64,000 bases of DNA from Nitrosopumilaceae archaeon. Lineage in GTDB: Archaea; Thermoproteota; Nitrososphaeria; Nitrososphaerales; Nitrosopumilaceae. Positions 44,355 to 54,500 of the stretch are shown in pieces. Location: positions 1,152,001-1,216,000 of the forward strand of contig OZ242274.1 of the NCBI GenBank assembly GCA_965207375.1, read 5' to 3'. Under the pieces are notes generated by a model. The model was not told where the DNA came from, searched no databases, and saw only the letters and a program-made list of their open reading frames with translations. The position numbers were made by a program, and so were the translations under genes. Position 1 is the stretch's first letter. Each line of letters opens with the position of its first letter.

Positions 44355-44825
44355 TTATTGAAAATAATCAATTGGTATATTTTGATAGTCTCCGTTTGGC
44401 AGTATTCGTTTGATGACAATTGGAATGATTTTTTGCTCCAATTCCTCCATTGCAATATCTAGTGACGTTTTTGCAGTTACTGGAATCTCAATAAATGGCG
44501 GTGCGCCCTGTGAGAGTTGTAGTGCACGCGCTCCCATTATTCTTGCTTTTTCAAATCTTGTCAATACAGGAGGCCCAATGGTAATATTGCCTTTTTCAGC
44601 CGGAATTTCTGTTGCAGTGTGGTCGGAGTTGGTTTCAATAATGTCTCTGTCCTCAATTGATTTGATTTTTCGTTCTAGTTCCTCTTGTTCTTTTTCTGTA
44701 AGCTCCTTTGACTCTACTAGTTTTCGATAGGTATCTACTGCCTTGGCAAGTCCAGCATTTGCAAGCGTTGCATCATCTGAAATTTCTGGATCCTGTACAA
44801 TTTCTGTTTCTTTGGGTTCTGACAA
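44355..44825 (-). CDS. rpoK: DNA-directed RNA polymerase subunit K (Rpo6) with acidic N-terminal extension
   Basis: LTRFEKARIMGARALQLSQGAP...IAMEEL....IP..IKR.LP. Likely TTG start at 44825, ~25 nt after a TTATATAA box; the ORF track extends it to 44903. Confidence 0.92.
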   Translation of the reverse strand: MSEPKETEIVQDPEISDDATLANAGLAKAVDTYRKLVESKELTEKEQEELERKIKSIEDRDIIETNSDHTATEIPAEKGNITIGPPVLTRFEKARIMGARALQLSQGAPPFIEIPVTAKTSLDIAMEELEQKIIPIVIKRILPNGDYQNIPIDYFQ

Positions 44826-45235
44826 GTGTTGTATTTTGCTAAAAGCGGTTATATAATCCAATGACTGAGCTGGACCTTCTGATTTGAGAGGCACTTTTGG
44901 CATAAAAATACAAACACATACCAGTCATTTGTTTGCTTTTCTCCATTTGGCTGCAAACTCGTCTACAGCATATATCCTATTGCCAATTAGTCTCCTAGTC
45001 TGTAAATGTACTCCCAATTGCCTCTTCTGCTTGCAAGAACTCGAGGATCTGCAGGCCATACATGAACTTGAGTTTTACATGCAATGATTCATGGTGTCTG
45101 TTCTGCTGAGGCGTCTTGCACTAGATGAAATCATGTGTGGGTTTTAACTCTCTGACTGCTTGAATTGAATTCCTTAAAAGTATAGCAATAGTAAATAATC
45201 TCACAAGATGTAAAATAAAATACTTGTCACTATGT

Positions 45236-45590
45236 CAGCTAAGCAAAATGTGGCTCAAATCCTACCTCTAGTGGCGGCTTGAACTAGTACATCAACTCAA
45301 AATCCATTTGTACTTTGAAAACTAGCATGGTCATAATACTCTGACTTGCTGTATCATCACCCAACATTCCTGTACTGAGATCATAAATTCCGTATACCGT
45401 ATTGCTCTTGACTGACATAGTGCATGCAAGCACGTTTTTGGCACCAGATGCGTGGCATCTTGATATAATTGCAGATTGTTTAATAGTCCACTGTTCTAGT
45501 TTTTTGTTTAGTCACTGAAAATCATCTAGAGCCGTCCTATTGATCTGTTTGCATTTTTGGGGTAGATTTTGCCCATATTTTGTTTAGCTA
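45236..45590 (-). mobile_element. MITE family 1, copy C, carrying a ~270-bp internal insertion
   Basis: Ends match copy B (CAGCTAAGCAAAATGTGGCTCAAATCCTACCTC ... CTGTTTGCATTTTTGGGGTAGATTTTGCCCATATTTTGTTTAGCT). The insert is bounded by weak inverted ends TAGTGGCGGCT / AGCCGTCCTA. Confidence 0.75.
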
Positions 45591-45634
45591 TGAACTTGTC
45601 AACTTTTAAAAACTAATGATACTTTTTACAAAGC

Positions 45635-45850
45635 ATGAATCAAACACTAAAATATAAAAAGTCATTCACAACAGATGACGACCAAATACCATTTACGATA
45701 CGCATAAGCTTTTCCACACCGTCTACACACATTTTAGATGAAAAATCACAAATTGCTTCATTGGGAATTCCAGATAATGAATCATTAGAGGATGCAGAAA
45801 AAGACATGGAACAATTTGCCAAAAACAGTACTAGTCACTGGGAAGATTAA
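45635..45850 (+). CDS. Small hypothetical protein
   Basis: 71-aa ORF preceded by TTTTAAAA about 30 nt upstream; sits between two MITEs. Confidence 0.5.
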   Translation: MNQTLKYKKSFTTDDDQIPFTIRISFSTPSTHILDEKSQIASLGIPDNESLEDAEKDMEQFAKNSTSHWED

Positions 45851-45910
45851 ATCCCATTGATATCAAAATACGACATTCATTCCAAAGAAATAGTATTGGG
45901 AAATCCAATG

Positions 45911-45999
45911 GTACAAACTCAGGTCGTAAATTTCAGGCACGAAATTTTCATGTATGTTCAAAAACAAGGCATAGAGTCAGATGCAACCTGAGTATGTGC
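45911..45999 (-). mobile_element. MITE family 2 (IS66-like ends), copy A
   Basis: TIRs GTACAAACTCAGGTCG / CAACCTGAGTATGTGC; reverse complement aligns with 58778..58868. Confidence 0.85.
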
Positions 46000-46000
46000 C

Positions 46001-46195
46001 TGCAGCTTTGCTACAAGTTTTTAGTTGAATAATTTTTGCTTTTAGCTGTTTGTTTTCTGCAATCATCTATTTGTTTTTTTGCAGATCTTTCATTTGTTTA
46101 TCCATTTGATCAAATTGTTCAGTAAGAATCTCGAAAAGCTTGTTGACATCGGGATTCTTCCAGTCTATTTACTCAAGATCAAATCCTGGTATCAT
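46001..46195 (-). pseudogene. Decayed coiled-coil ORF, possibly the N-terminus of an IS66 transposase
   Basis: MIPGFDLE*IDWKNPDVNKLFEILTEQFDQMDKQ...*MIAENKQLKAKIIQLK with internal stops; abuts MITE-2. Confidence 0.35.
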
Positions 46196-46330
46196 AATTT
46201 TATGCTGATGATAGTGATCCTTATGTTTTACTGCCTCTGATTATATCAGGAACTAAATCAGAATGTTACAAAAAAATTGTAGATCATTCCTCTAAAAACT
46301 AGACCTAGCACGACGAGGCAATATTTCTGT

Positions 46331-46516
46331 CTAATCTAATTTATTTGCTGCTTTTGCTAATATGCCTACATTTGATTCCATACAATTATCATAAAATGAT
46401 TTGCCATCAAGCTGCGTTTGTAAATCCAATTCTTGAATTTTTGCCAATTCCTCAGGCGTTGCATTAAAAATCAATTCATCAATATCTTTCATATGCTGTC
46501 GTTCTTGATATGACAT
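46331..46516 (-). CDS. Small hypothetical protein
   Basis: 61-aa ORF with weak similarity to 47844..48065 (DEL...ELA...LD.Q.Q..G..FYD). Confidence 0.6.
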   Translation of the reverse strand: MSYQERQHMKDIDELIFNATPEELAKIQELDLQTQLDGKSFYDNCMESNVGILAKAANKLD

Positions 46517-46674
46517 AATTTTGAATCAAAAATGATCTTATAGCGATCAACTTTACAAATTTAGACTAAATGCTAAATTTCCTGATAAATTTTGTAAAAA
46601 CATGACGAAATTCATATTTTTAGAATGCTTGCATGATTTAAAGACATAATAAGAATTTGACCCAAAAGTGAGTC

Positions 46675-47847
46675 ATGGAGACTAAAAATATCGGACTTCG
46701 GGGCATTCCTGTAGCAGATACGCGTGTCTCAAATATTGACGGCGAGCAGGGAAGGCTAATTTATAGAGGTTATGATATTTGTGATCTAGTAAAAAACTCT
46801 AATTTTGAAGAAACTGCATATCTTTTACTTCATGATGTATTGCCTACCAAAACACAGTTGACTGATTTTACAGATAAACTACAAGAGGCTAGATGGATTC
46901 CAAAACAAATGCAAGCAAATATGGGAAACTGGAGAAAGGACGCCGATCCCATGGATATGCTACAGGCCTTTGTTGCAGCACTAGCAGGATACTATGACGA
47001 AGAATTTCACAACAAAGAATCAAGCTATGATAAGGCAATCAATCTGATTGCCAAGGTGTCAACCATTGTGGCAAGTTGGCAGCGCATACGAAACGGTTTA
47101 GAAATCATAGATCCAAATCCAGACTTGAACCATGCTGCAAATTTTCTCAACATGTTAACGGGTCAGATTCCAGATGAGGAAACGGCCAAGATATTTGACA
47201 CCTGTTTAATCTTACATGCAGATCATACCTTTAACGCATCAACCTTTGCAGCAAGACAGGTAGCATCCACTCGTGCACACATGTATTCTGCTGCTAGTGC
47301 GGCAATTGGTGCCCTAAGTGGAGAGTTGCATGGGGGAGCAAATTATGAGGTAATGAAGATGCTTTTGGATATTAAAACGGTGGAAAATGTGCAACCTTGG
47401 ATTAAGAAACGAATGAGTGAAGGAGGCAGAGTCATGGGCATGGGTCATGCAGTTTACAAAACATATGATCCTAGGGCGCAAATTCTAAAAGAGCTTTCAA
47501 GAAAGCTGGCAAAAAAAACAAATCAACAATGGTTTGACATTACAGAGCAGGTAGAAAAAACTACAATCCAAGAAATGAAAGAACAAAAAGGTATGGATAT
47601 TTATCCAAACGTTGATCTTTACAGCGCATCAATTTACTACATGTTGAACATTCCAATGGATCTTAACACTCCGATATTTGCAATGTCTAGAGTTGTGGGA
47701 TGGGCAGCACATATTATAGAGGAAAAGTTTGCCGAAGCTGCACCAAAGCCTGCCTTGTATAGGCCAAAGGCAGTATATGTTGGAAAATATTGCGGTCCAG
47801 AGGGCTGCAAATACCAGGAACTAGATCTGAGAAAAGAGTTTTCTTAA
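46675..47847 (+). CDS. gltA: Citrate synthase
   Basis: LIYRGY, LHADHTFNAST, GELHGGAN, MGMGHAVYK.YDPRA and YPNVDLY motifs. Confidence 0.96.
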   Translation: METKNIGLRGIPVADTRVSNIDGEQGRLIYRGYDICDLVKNSNFEETAYLLLHDVLPTKTQLTDFTDKLQEARWIPKQMQANMGNWRKDADPMDMLQAFVAALAGYYDEEFHNKESSYDKAINLIAKVSTIVASWQRIRNGLEIIDPNPDLNHAANFLNMLTGQIPDEETAKIFDTCLILHADHTFNASTFAARQVASTRAHMYSAASAAIGALSGELHGGANYEVMKMLLDIKTVENVQPWIKKRMSEGGRVMGMGHAVYKTYDPRAQILKELSRKLAKKTNQQWFDITEQVEKTTIQEMKEQKGMDIYPNVDLYSASIYYMLNIPMDLNTPIFAMSRVVGWAAHIIEEKFAEAAPKPALYRPKAVYVGKYCGPEGCKYQELDLRKEFS

Positions 47848-48065
47848 TTTCTAGAGTTCATCCATTTTCTGGCTTTGGAATTTACATCGTGTTTGTAAAG
47901 TACCTCAAAGACCATGTCATAAAATGTAATGCCTTTTTTTTGTGCCTGTTCATCTAGCCATTTTATTCCATCAGCTAGTTCAGGATCGTACTCTGAACAT
48001 TGTACTAATTCGTCAACCATTTTTGTGAAAAACACTTGGGATTCTAACATAACACAAAGTTTCAA
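47844..48065 (-). CDS. Small hypothetical protein (start may be downstream of 48065)
   Basis: VDELVQCSEYDPELADGIKWLDEQAQKKGITFYDMVFEVLYKHD; convergent with gltA. Confidence 0.75.
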   Translation of the reverse strand: MKLCVMLESQVFFTKMVDELVQCSEYDPELADGIKWLDEQAQKKGITFYDMVFEVLYKHDVNSKARKWMNSRN

Positions 48066-48409
48066 ACTTTGATCATAAGTAATCTATTCAAATTATATAG
48101 ACAAAAGACCCTTTTTTGATTGACTTGGCACGCTTGGGACCTTGAGAAAGGCCATTATCATACAATATAGGTGGACATTTCATCAGTATCTGAGACAATT
48201 GTTAAGATAGGTTGTATTGGTTTGTTAGTATTTGCAATTATAGTATAGTAGGTTTTGTGCTCAATCAAATTTATGAATTAAAAATGATTAATTTCTAACT
48301 GTAAACTAGCAATTCTACCTAGTTTTTGACCTGTACCATTACCACTGGGACGTGATTTTTTGCCATTTTAGACGATAATACCACAAAATGATAACCACTA
48401 ATCTGTTAA

Positions 48410-48524
48410 CCCCCTCTCAAAAGATGGATCAGTTGTCCATTTGGCTTTTATCCTGTGTATTGTATCATTATTCCTAGATGATCCCCCTCTCAAAAAATAG
48501 ATCAGTTGTCCATTTGGCTTATAT
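48410..48524 (+). promoter_or_regulatory. Tandemly duplicated 42-bp promoter/operator module upstream of the S-layer gene
   Basis: Copies at 48410..48451 and 48483..48524 are 39/42 identical. Copy 1 contains the palindrome ATGGA-N7-TCCAT; copy 2 ends in TTATAT(AG) about 30 nt before the ATG. Confidence 0.7.
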
Positions 48525-48553
48525 AGTTAGTTTTCAGTTAGAAATTAATAACT

Positions 48554-51500
48554 ATGTACAACAATCAAAAAAACGAAATATACAAAAAATTAACTAGTCT
48601 AACACTAATGACAATAATGGTGGCTGGCGGAATGACCTTTGCAGTACCAGGAATGGTTCCAGAGGCCTATGCTGCCAATGCAAACCTGTTTGTCTCCGCA
48701 GAAAACTCAAAATTTGACAATTACATGTCCGGACCTCAAGTAATTGAGGTGGCAATAATTGATTCATCTATATCTGACACAGATGAGGGCAAAGGAGAAC
48801 CTGACGTTACTGTAAATGGCAACAACCTGAGAATGGTTCAAGCCACTGACGGTAATTGGTACGGTTACTTTGCTGATAAAACAATGGCAGAAAGAGCTGA
48901 TTCACAAGATAATGGATTGGACTTTGGTACATCTGGTTCTGTTGTAAATATTCTTCCTTCAGATGCTGAATTTGAAGCTGATGGACTCTTTTTCAACGAA
49001 AACAATGTTAACGTTGTAAGAGAACCAAAGAACGTAAACACAAACCTACGTATCGATGACGGTCAAATTGGCATTACTGCCGATACATGGCCATTTATCC
49101 AACTATACACTCTAAATCCGACAGGCAATGTTGTGGTACAGTACAACAAGGGAGGCGGTGCACAAAGCACTACATTAACCTTTGATACTGTTGACGACTT
49201 TGCAGGTATAGAACTGGACAGGGCTTCTTATCCACAAGGAGCTGAAGTTCATGCAACTATTACTGATGCATGGTTAAACATTGACCCAACTGACGAAGAT
49301 TCATGGACGTTTAACACTGTAAGTGGTGACGCCTTCTATCATGTCTATAATGACAATGGTGGAATTGGTGAGAATACTTCCCTCGAAAAAGATGGCACTG
49401 GCCTTCAATCTGTAAGCGTTGGAGATTTGATGTGTTCAGATTGTGCCTTGATACTAAAGCCTAATGTTCAAGGTGATGATAAACACGTCATTACAATCCA
49501 AGGTAATGCAGATTCTAGAATTGCTAACGATGGCGATACTGCTCTCACAGCAGACGCTTGGGTTAAACAAAATGTAGTAATTACCGTCTTAGATCAGAAA
49601 ACTCAGCCGGTTACTATCACAGAACAAGGACCTAACAGCGGAATCTTTGGTACTTATGACGAGTCTGACACATCTATACTCAAAATTATAGATGATGCCG
49701 ATAGAGGCACGTCAGCTACTTTAGATTACAATGATAGTCCAGTATCTGTCCTAGTAACTCACGCATTTGCTGAAATCGACATACAACCAGTATCTGACGT
49801 TTGGAACAGTGGTGAACTAATACCAGTCGTTCTTGTCGATTCTGATATTAATAAAAATACCAGAGCAGACGAGGACATTTCACTAAGCGATCCTAGCTAC
49901 AAAATAATTCCAAGTCTTAGGACTGGAAGCCCAATTACATTGGGTAGTGGTGAATTGACGGTAGATGCACGATCAGCAGATGGAAATTCAGCACCACAAA
50001 CAAATGCAACAGTAGACGCCTTCAGTGACAGAGCAATACTTGAAATTAAAAACGATGAAGAGGTAAAATCTCTGTTGATTGACCTTGGTATTACCGGAAA
50101 AGAATTGAAAAGTTCTTTGGTTGATACTAATGACGGCAACTATGGATATAACCTATTCAACTATGACATTCGTTCACTAGTCGAAGGAGAAAAAGATTCT
50201 CTAGGCACGGTAAAAATATCATTGGTTAACACCACTAATGGTGTAAAAATCAATGTTCCTCTAGCCTGTGATAAATCAGACAGACAAGGTCTAGGGTTAT
50301 TACCTGCTGGAGATTGTACATTACCCGATCCAGAAGACACAACTCCAGCACCAACTTCAATAGTAATTCCATTACTATACAACTCTGGTAGTGCTTACGA
50401 AATGCAACACTTTGGAACAGCATTTGATGAAGCAGTTTCAGACTATAACGCCGCTTCTTCCAAAGCATTTAGCTCACAAAAGCTACCTTTGGGAACAACT
50501 GCTATATCGTCTGTACTAGATACAGGCGCTAAAGGAGCAGTCGGTACTTATACTTCTGAACAGTTGAGGACTCTTAGCCAAACCGGCAAGATCGGTACAG
50601 ACGATGGAGACATTGTCTTGTTAAGTTACTCTTCTACAGCAACATCATTTGCAGAATCAGGCGATGGCATCTTTAGATTGACTACAGATACATCTCGTCA
50701 GGTGGACAGTATAGTAACACAATTGATTCCAACTAATGACTTTGACCAAATCATCTCCATACATCTCAACGATGCATGGAGCCAAGATTATGTTGCAGCA
50801 TTAAATGCAACATACGGTGACGCTCACAGCGAGATTAAATACGATCCTAAAGCAAGTAACATAACTACCGAGTTTAACACTGTTCTAAGAACAGGTTTGT
50901 CAGGTCTTGATGCACAAACTGCAATCGTGATTCTTGAATATGATCATGATAGACTTGATGCACTGGTAACAGAACTTGCTAGAACGAACGTTAATGCTTA
51001 TGCCGGAATCTCCACCACAAAGTTCATCATTCCTGATGTTCCAAGTGGTGCCTTTGGCGATAATCTAAACGCTGATGCTCTTGCATTACTTAAAGCCACA
51101 GACATGAAGACGATAAAGTTTGCACTAAGTGTTAACACTGACGGTCAGAACGCATTGAGAGATGCTCTAAACAAGACCACATTGACACAGGTCAACTTTG
51201 ACAGTGATGATAACATCTTTGACAGACATGCATATGCCGCATACGACGCAGGTCAGATTCTGACACGAGCTATAGATGCTCTTGGATCAGAATATACATC
51301 TGAACAATTAAACAACCGTATTCCACTCGCAGCAGAGGATTATAGTTCTGAGGCTTTGATATACAATACAAAGCTAAACGATAAAGGTGACCTGGCATGT
51401 ATGGTATATGACATATTTGAGATTGATGACGGATCCACAGGATTTGCACTTCAAACTCCAACACAAGAAACTACTGACCCTGTTAACTGTAAAAGAACTA

Positions 51501-54500
51501 TAACAGAACCTAACGCACCAACTGTTACTGAAATACACCAGAGGCCAGCATCAGCTGAGCTAACATGGACTCCAGCAACAGACGGTACTCCAGCAACAGA
51601 ATTTCAAGTACAATACAAACTTGCAACTGCTAGTTCATGGACAGACCATTCTACTGTATCTGCATCTACTACTCTAACTGTAACTATAAGTGGTCTCTCA
51701 AACGACCAAGAATACTACTTTAGAGTAATTGCAATAAACAGTATAGGAGGAAGTGAAGCATCTGTTGTAGTTAAAACTACTCCAAGAGCACAAGTCTTTG
51801 CACCAAACGCACCAACAGGTCTAACTGCAACATCACTCAATGCCACAGCAGTCACATTATCATGGGCTGAACCGGCAGATGATGGTGGCGCAGAAGTCAC
51901 TGATTACAAGGTAGAATACAAACTTGCAACTGCTACAAATTGGAACACATTTGCTGACGGTACATCTGACACTGTCTCTACAACTGTAACTGGTCTGACA
52001 GAAGGACAAGTATACCAGTTTAGAGTAAGTGCAACAAACGTACAAGCAACAGGAGCAGTATCTAATATTGATATTGCAACACCAACAGCACCAGCTCCAG
52101 TAGCAACAGTACCTAATGCACCAACAGGTCTAACTGCAACAGCAGGTGATACTACAGTCTTATTATCATGGACTGCACCAAGCACTGGTGATGCACCAAC
52201 AGGCTATACGGTACAACAGAGTACTGATGGAACTAGCTTCGCTGATTCTACTACTGTTACAGTAACTGGAACAACAGCTACAGTAACAGGACTCACAAAC
52301 GATCAACAATACACCTTTAGGGTATTTGCAACAAACGCTCAAGGACCAAGTGCAGCAGCATCTAATGTTGCTACAGCAACTCCAGCAGCAGCACAAACCA
52401 ACGGAGGCTCAACGCCAACCAACACCGCTCCAGTAATTGAAACAATTACTGCTCAAACATTCACAGTTGGCACAGCAGTATCTGTCCCCATAAATGCAAC
52501 TGATGCAGAAGGTGACACGATTATGTACAATGTAATGCTCGATCCGACACCAACAACACGACCTACCATATCAGGTAACGAACTCACTTGGCCTGCACCA
52601 GAAGCAGGTACATACGACGTAACGATCACAGCACGTGATGGGACTACCGACGGCAACACAGTATCGTTCACACTAACGATAAACCGCGCTCCAGTCTTAG
52701 CACCAATAGGTGCTCAATCAGGAACCGTAGGTGAACTATTGACAATCCCACTCTCTGCAACTGATGCAGATGGTGACAGGGTTACTTACACCATATCTCC
52801 TCCTCTAACAGGAGCAACACCAGGTAATTACGTAAAACTTGGCACCACAACAACTGCAACACTCACTTGGACACCAACTGTCGCAGACACATACGATGTA
52901 ATGATCATAGCACGTGACGGAAACATAGGCGGTATTGATCGTGAACCTATTACTATCACAATAACTGACCCAGCACCAACTCCAGTGGTATATCCACCAA
53001 GAGTAAACTTTGATGCAGGCGATACTGTTGAAATTCCAATGATACTAGACAACGATGTGCTTTACGAAAGTAACTTCTTTGGTTGGTTTGGTCAATCTGT
53101 AGGCGACTATGCTCAAAATGCAATCCAAAGCAACGTTACATATAGTGACGTGCCTTATGACATTAGTTCAAATGCAACAGAAGACATTGAGCGTATTGTT
53201 GACGCAGGTAACAAAGCTGCTGTAGGTACTTATACCTCACAACAGTTGAAAGACCTAAACGACACAGGAAAAGTCGGTACAGATATTGTCCTGTTAAGCT
53301 ATGCCTCAACTGCTTCAACATTGACTGGAACCGATGGTATATTCAGACTCACTACGAACAATCAACATCAGGCAGATAATGTCTTAAAGCCAGAGTTGTC
53401 TGGATTTGCAAACATCATATCCATACATCGTAACGATACATGGAGTATTGATTATGTCACTATACTAGAAAACCAGTATGGTGCTAATCATGAGATAATT
53501 GCATACGATTCAACTCTATCAGGTGACATAATGACCAAGTTACGTGATTCTTCTACAGGTCTACACAGCATTGCAGCAGACACTGCAATTGTGATTCTAG
53601 GATTTGGTGAAGTTAAAGATGTACTCATGGAGTTATCTGTTCAAGGACAAAACGGTTACAACTATACAGGCATTGAAACAACAAAGTTCTTCATTCCTGA
53701 CCTTGCAGCAAGCGTTGCAGATGATCTTGATGATCAACATGCGATTGCATTGCTTAAAGCCACAGATATGAAGACGATAAAGTTTGCACTAAAGAACGAC
53801 AATACAAGAGCCGATCTAAACGATAAGGTACGTGACGGCACTGACTCAGACGAAAGACACGTCTATGCCGCATACGATGCAGGTAAAATCTTGGCAAGAG
53901 CCATAGATGAACTTGGAAAGGACGGTACAGTAGAACAACTAAAGACAAAGATTCCAGAAGTAGCTCGTGCATACAATTCTGAGGCTCTCATACACAGTAC
54001 GATACTAGGTCCAAATGGTGACCTTGAATGTACTACCTATGACGTGCTTGAGATAAACGACACTGCAAGCAGTGTTGGTACAATTGTATTCGAGAACAAT
54101 TCTACTCAGAGAAACACTTGTGCTTCTACATCATCTGTACCAATGTTGAATAGCCCACAGTTAGTATCATGTATTGACTGTGCAATCAACTCATTTGGTG
54201 AAATCTTTGGACAAACAGTTCAGGTACAATCTACAACACAGCAAGCAACAACAATCACAAACATCTTGGAAATTCCTGACGACAGCAAATTAGCAATACT
54301 CATTGAATATCAGAACCCAGTCACAACAGATAGTGAAGATGATCCAATTGTATTGGACTTTTTCGCATTTGGATTTGGCGATGACGGAAGAACAGCTAAT
54401 CAAATTGTCAGACTTGAATTGGAAGAAACTGGTGATAACACTGACACCTTTGTAGGTGGCTTGGAATACACTATGTTAAACCAACTCAACATTCTGAAAG

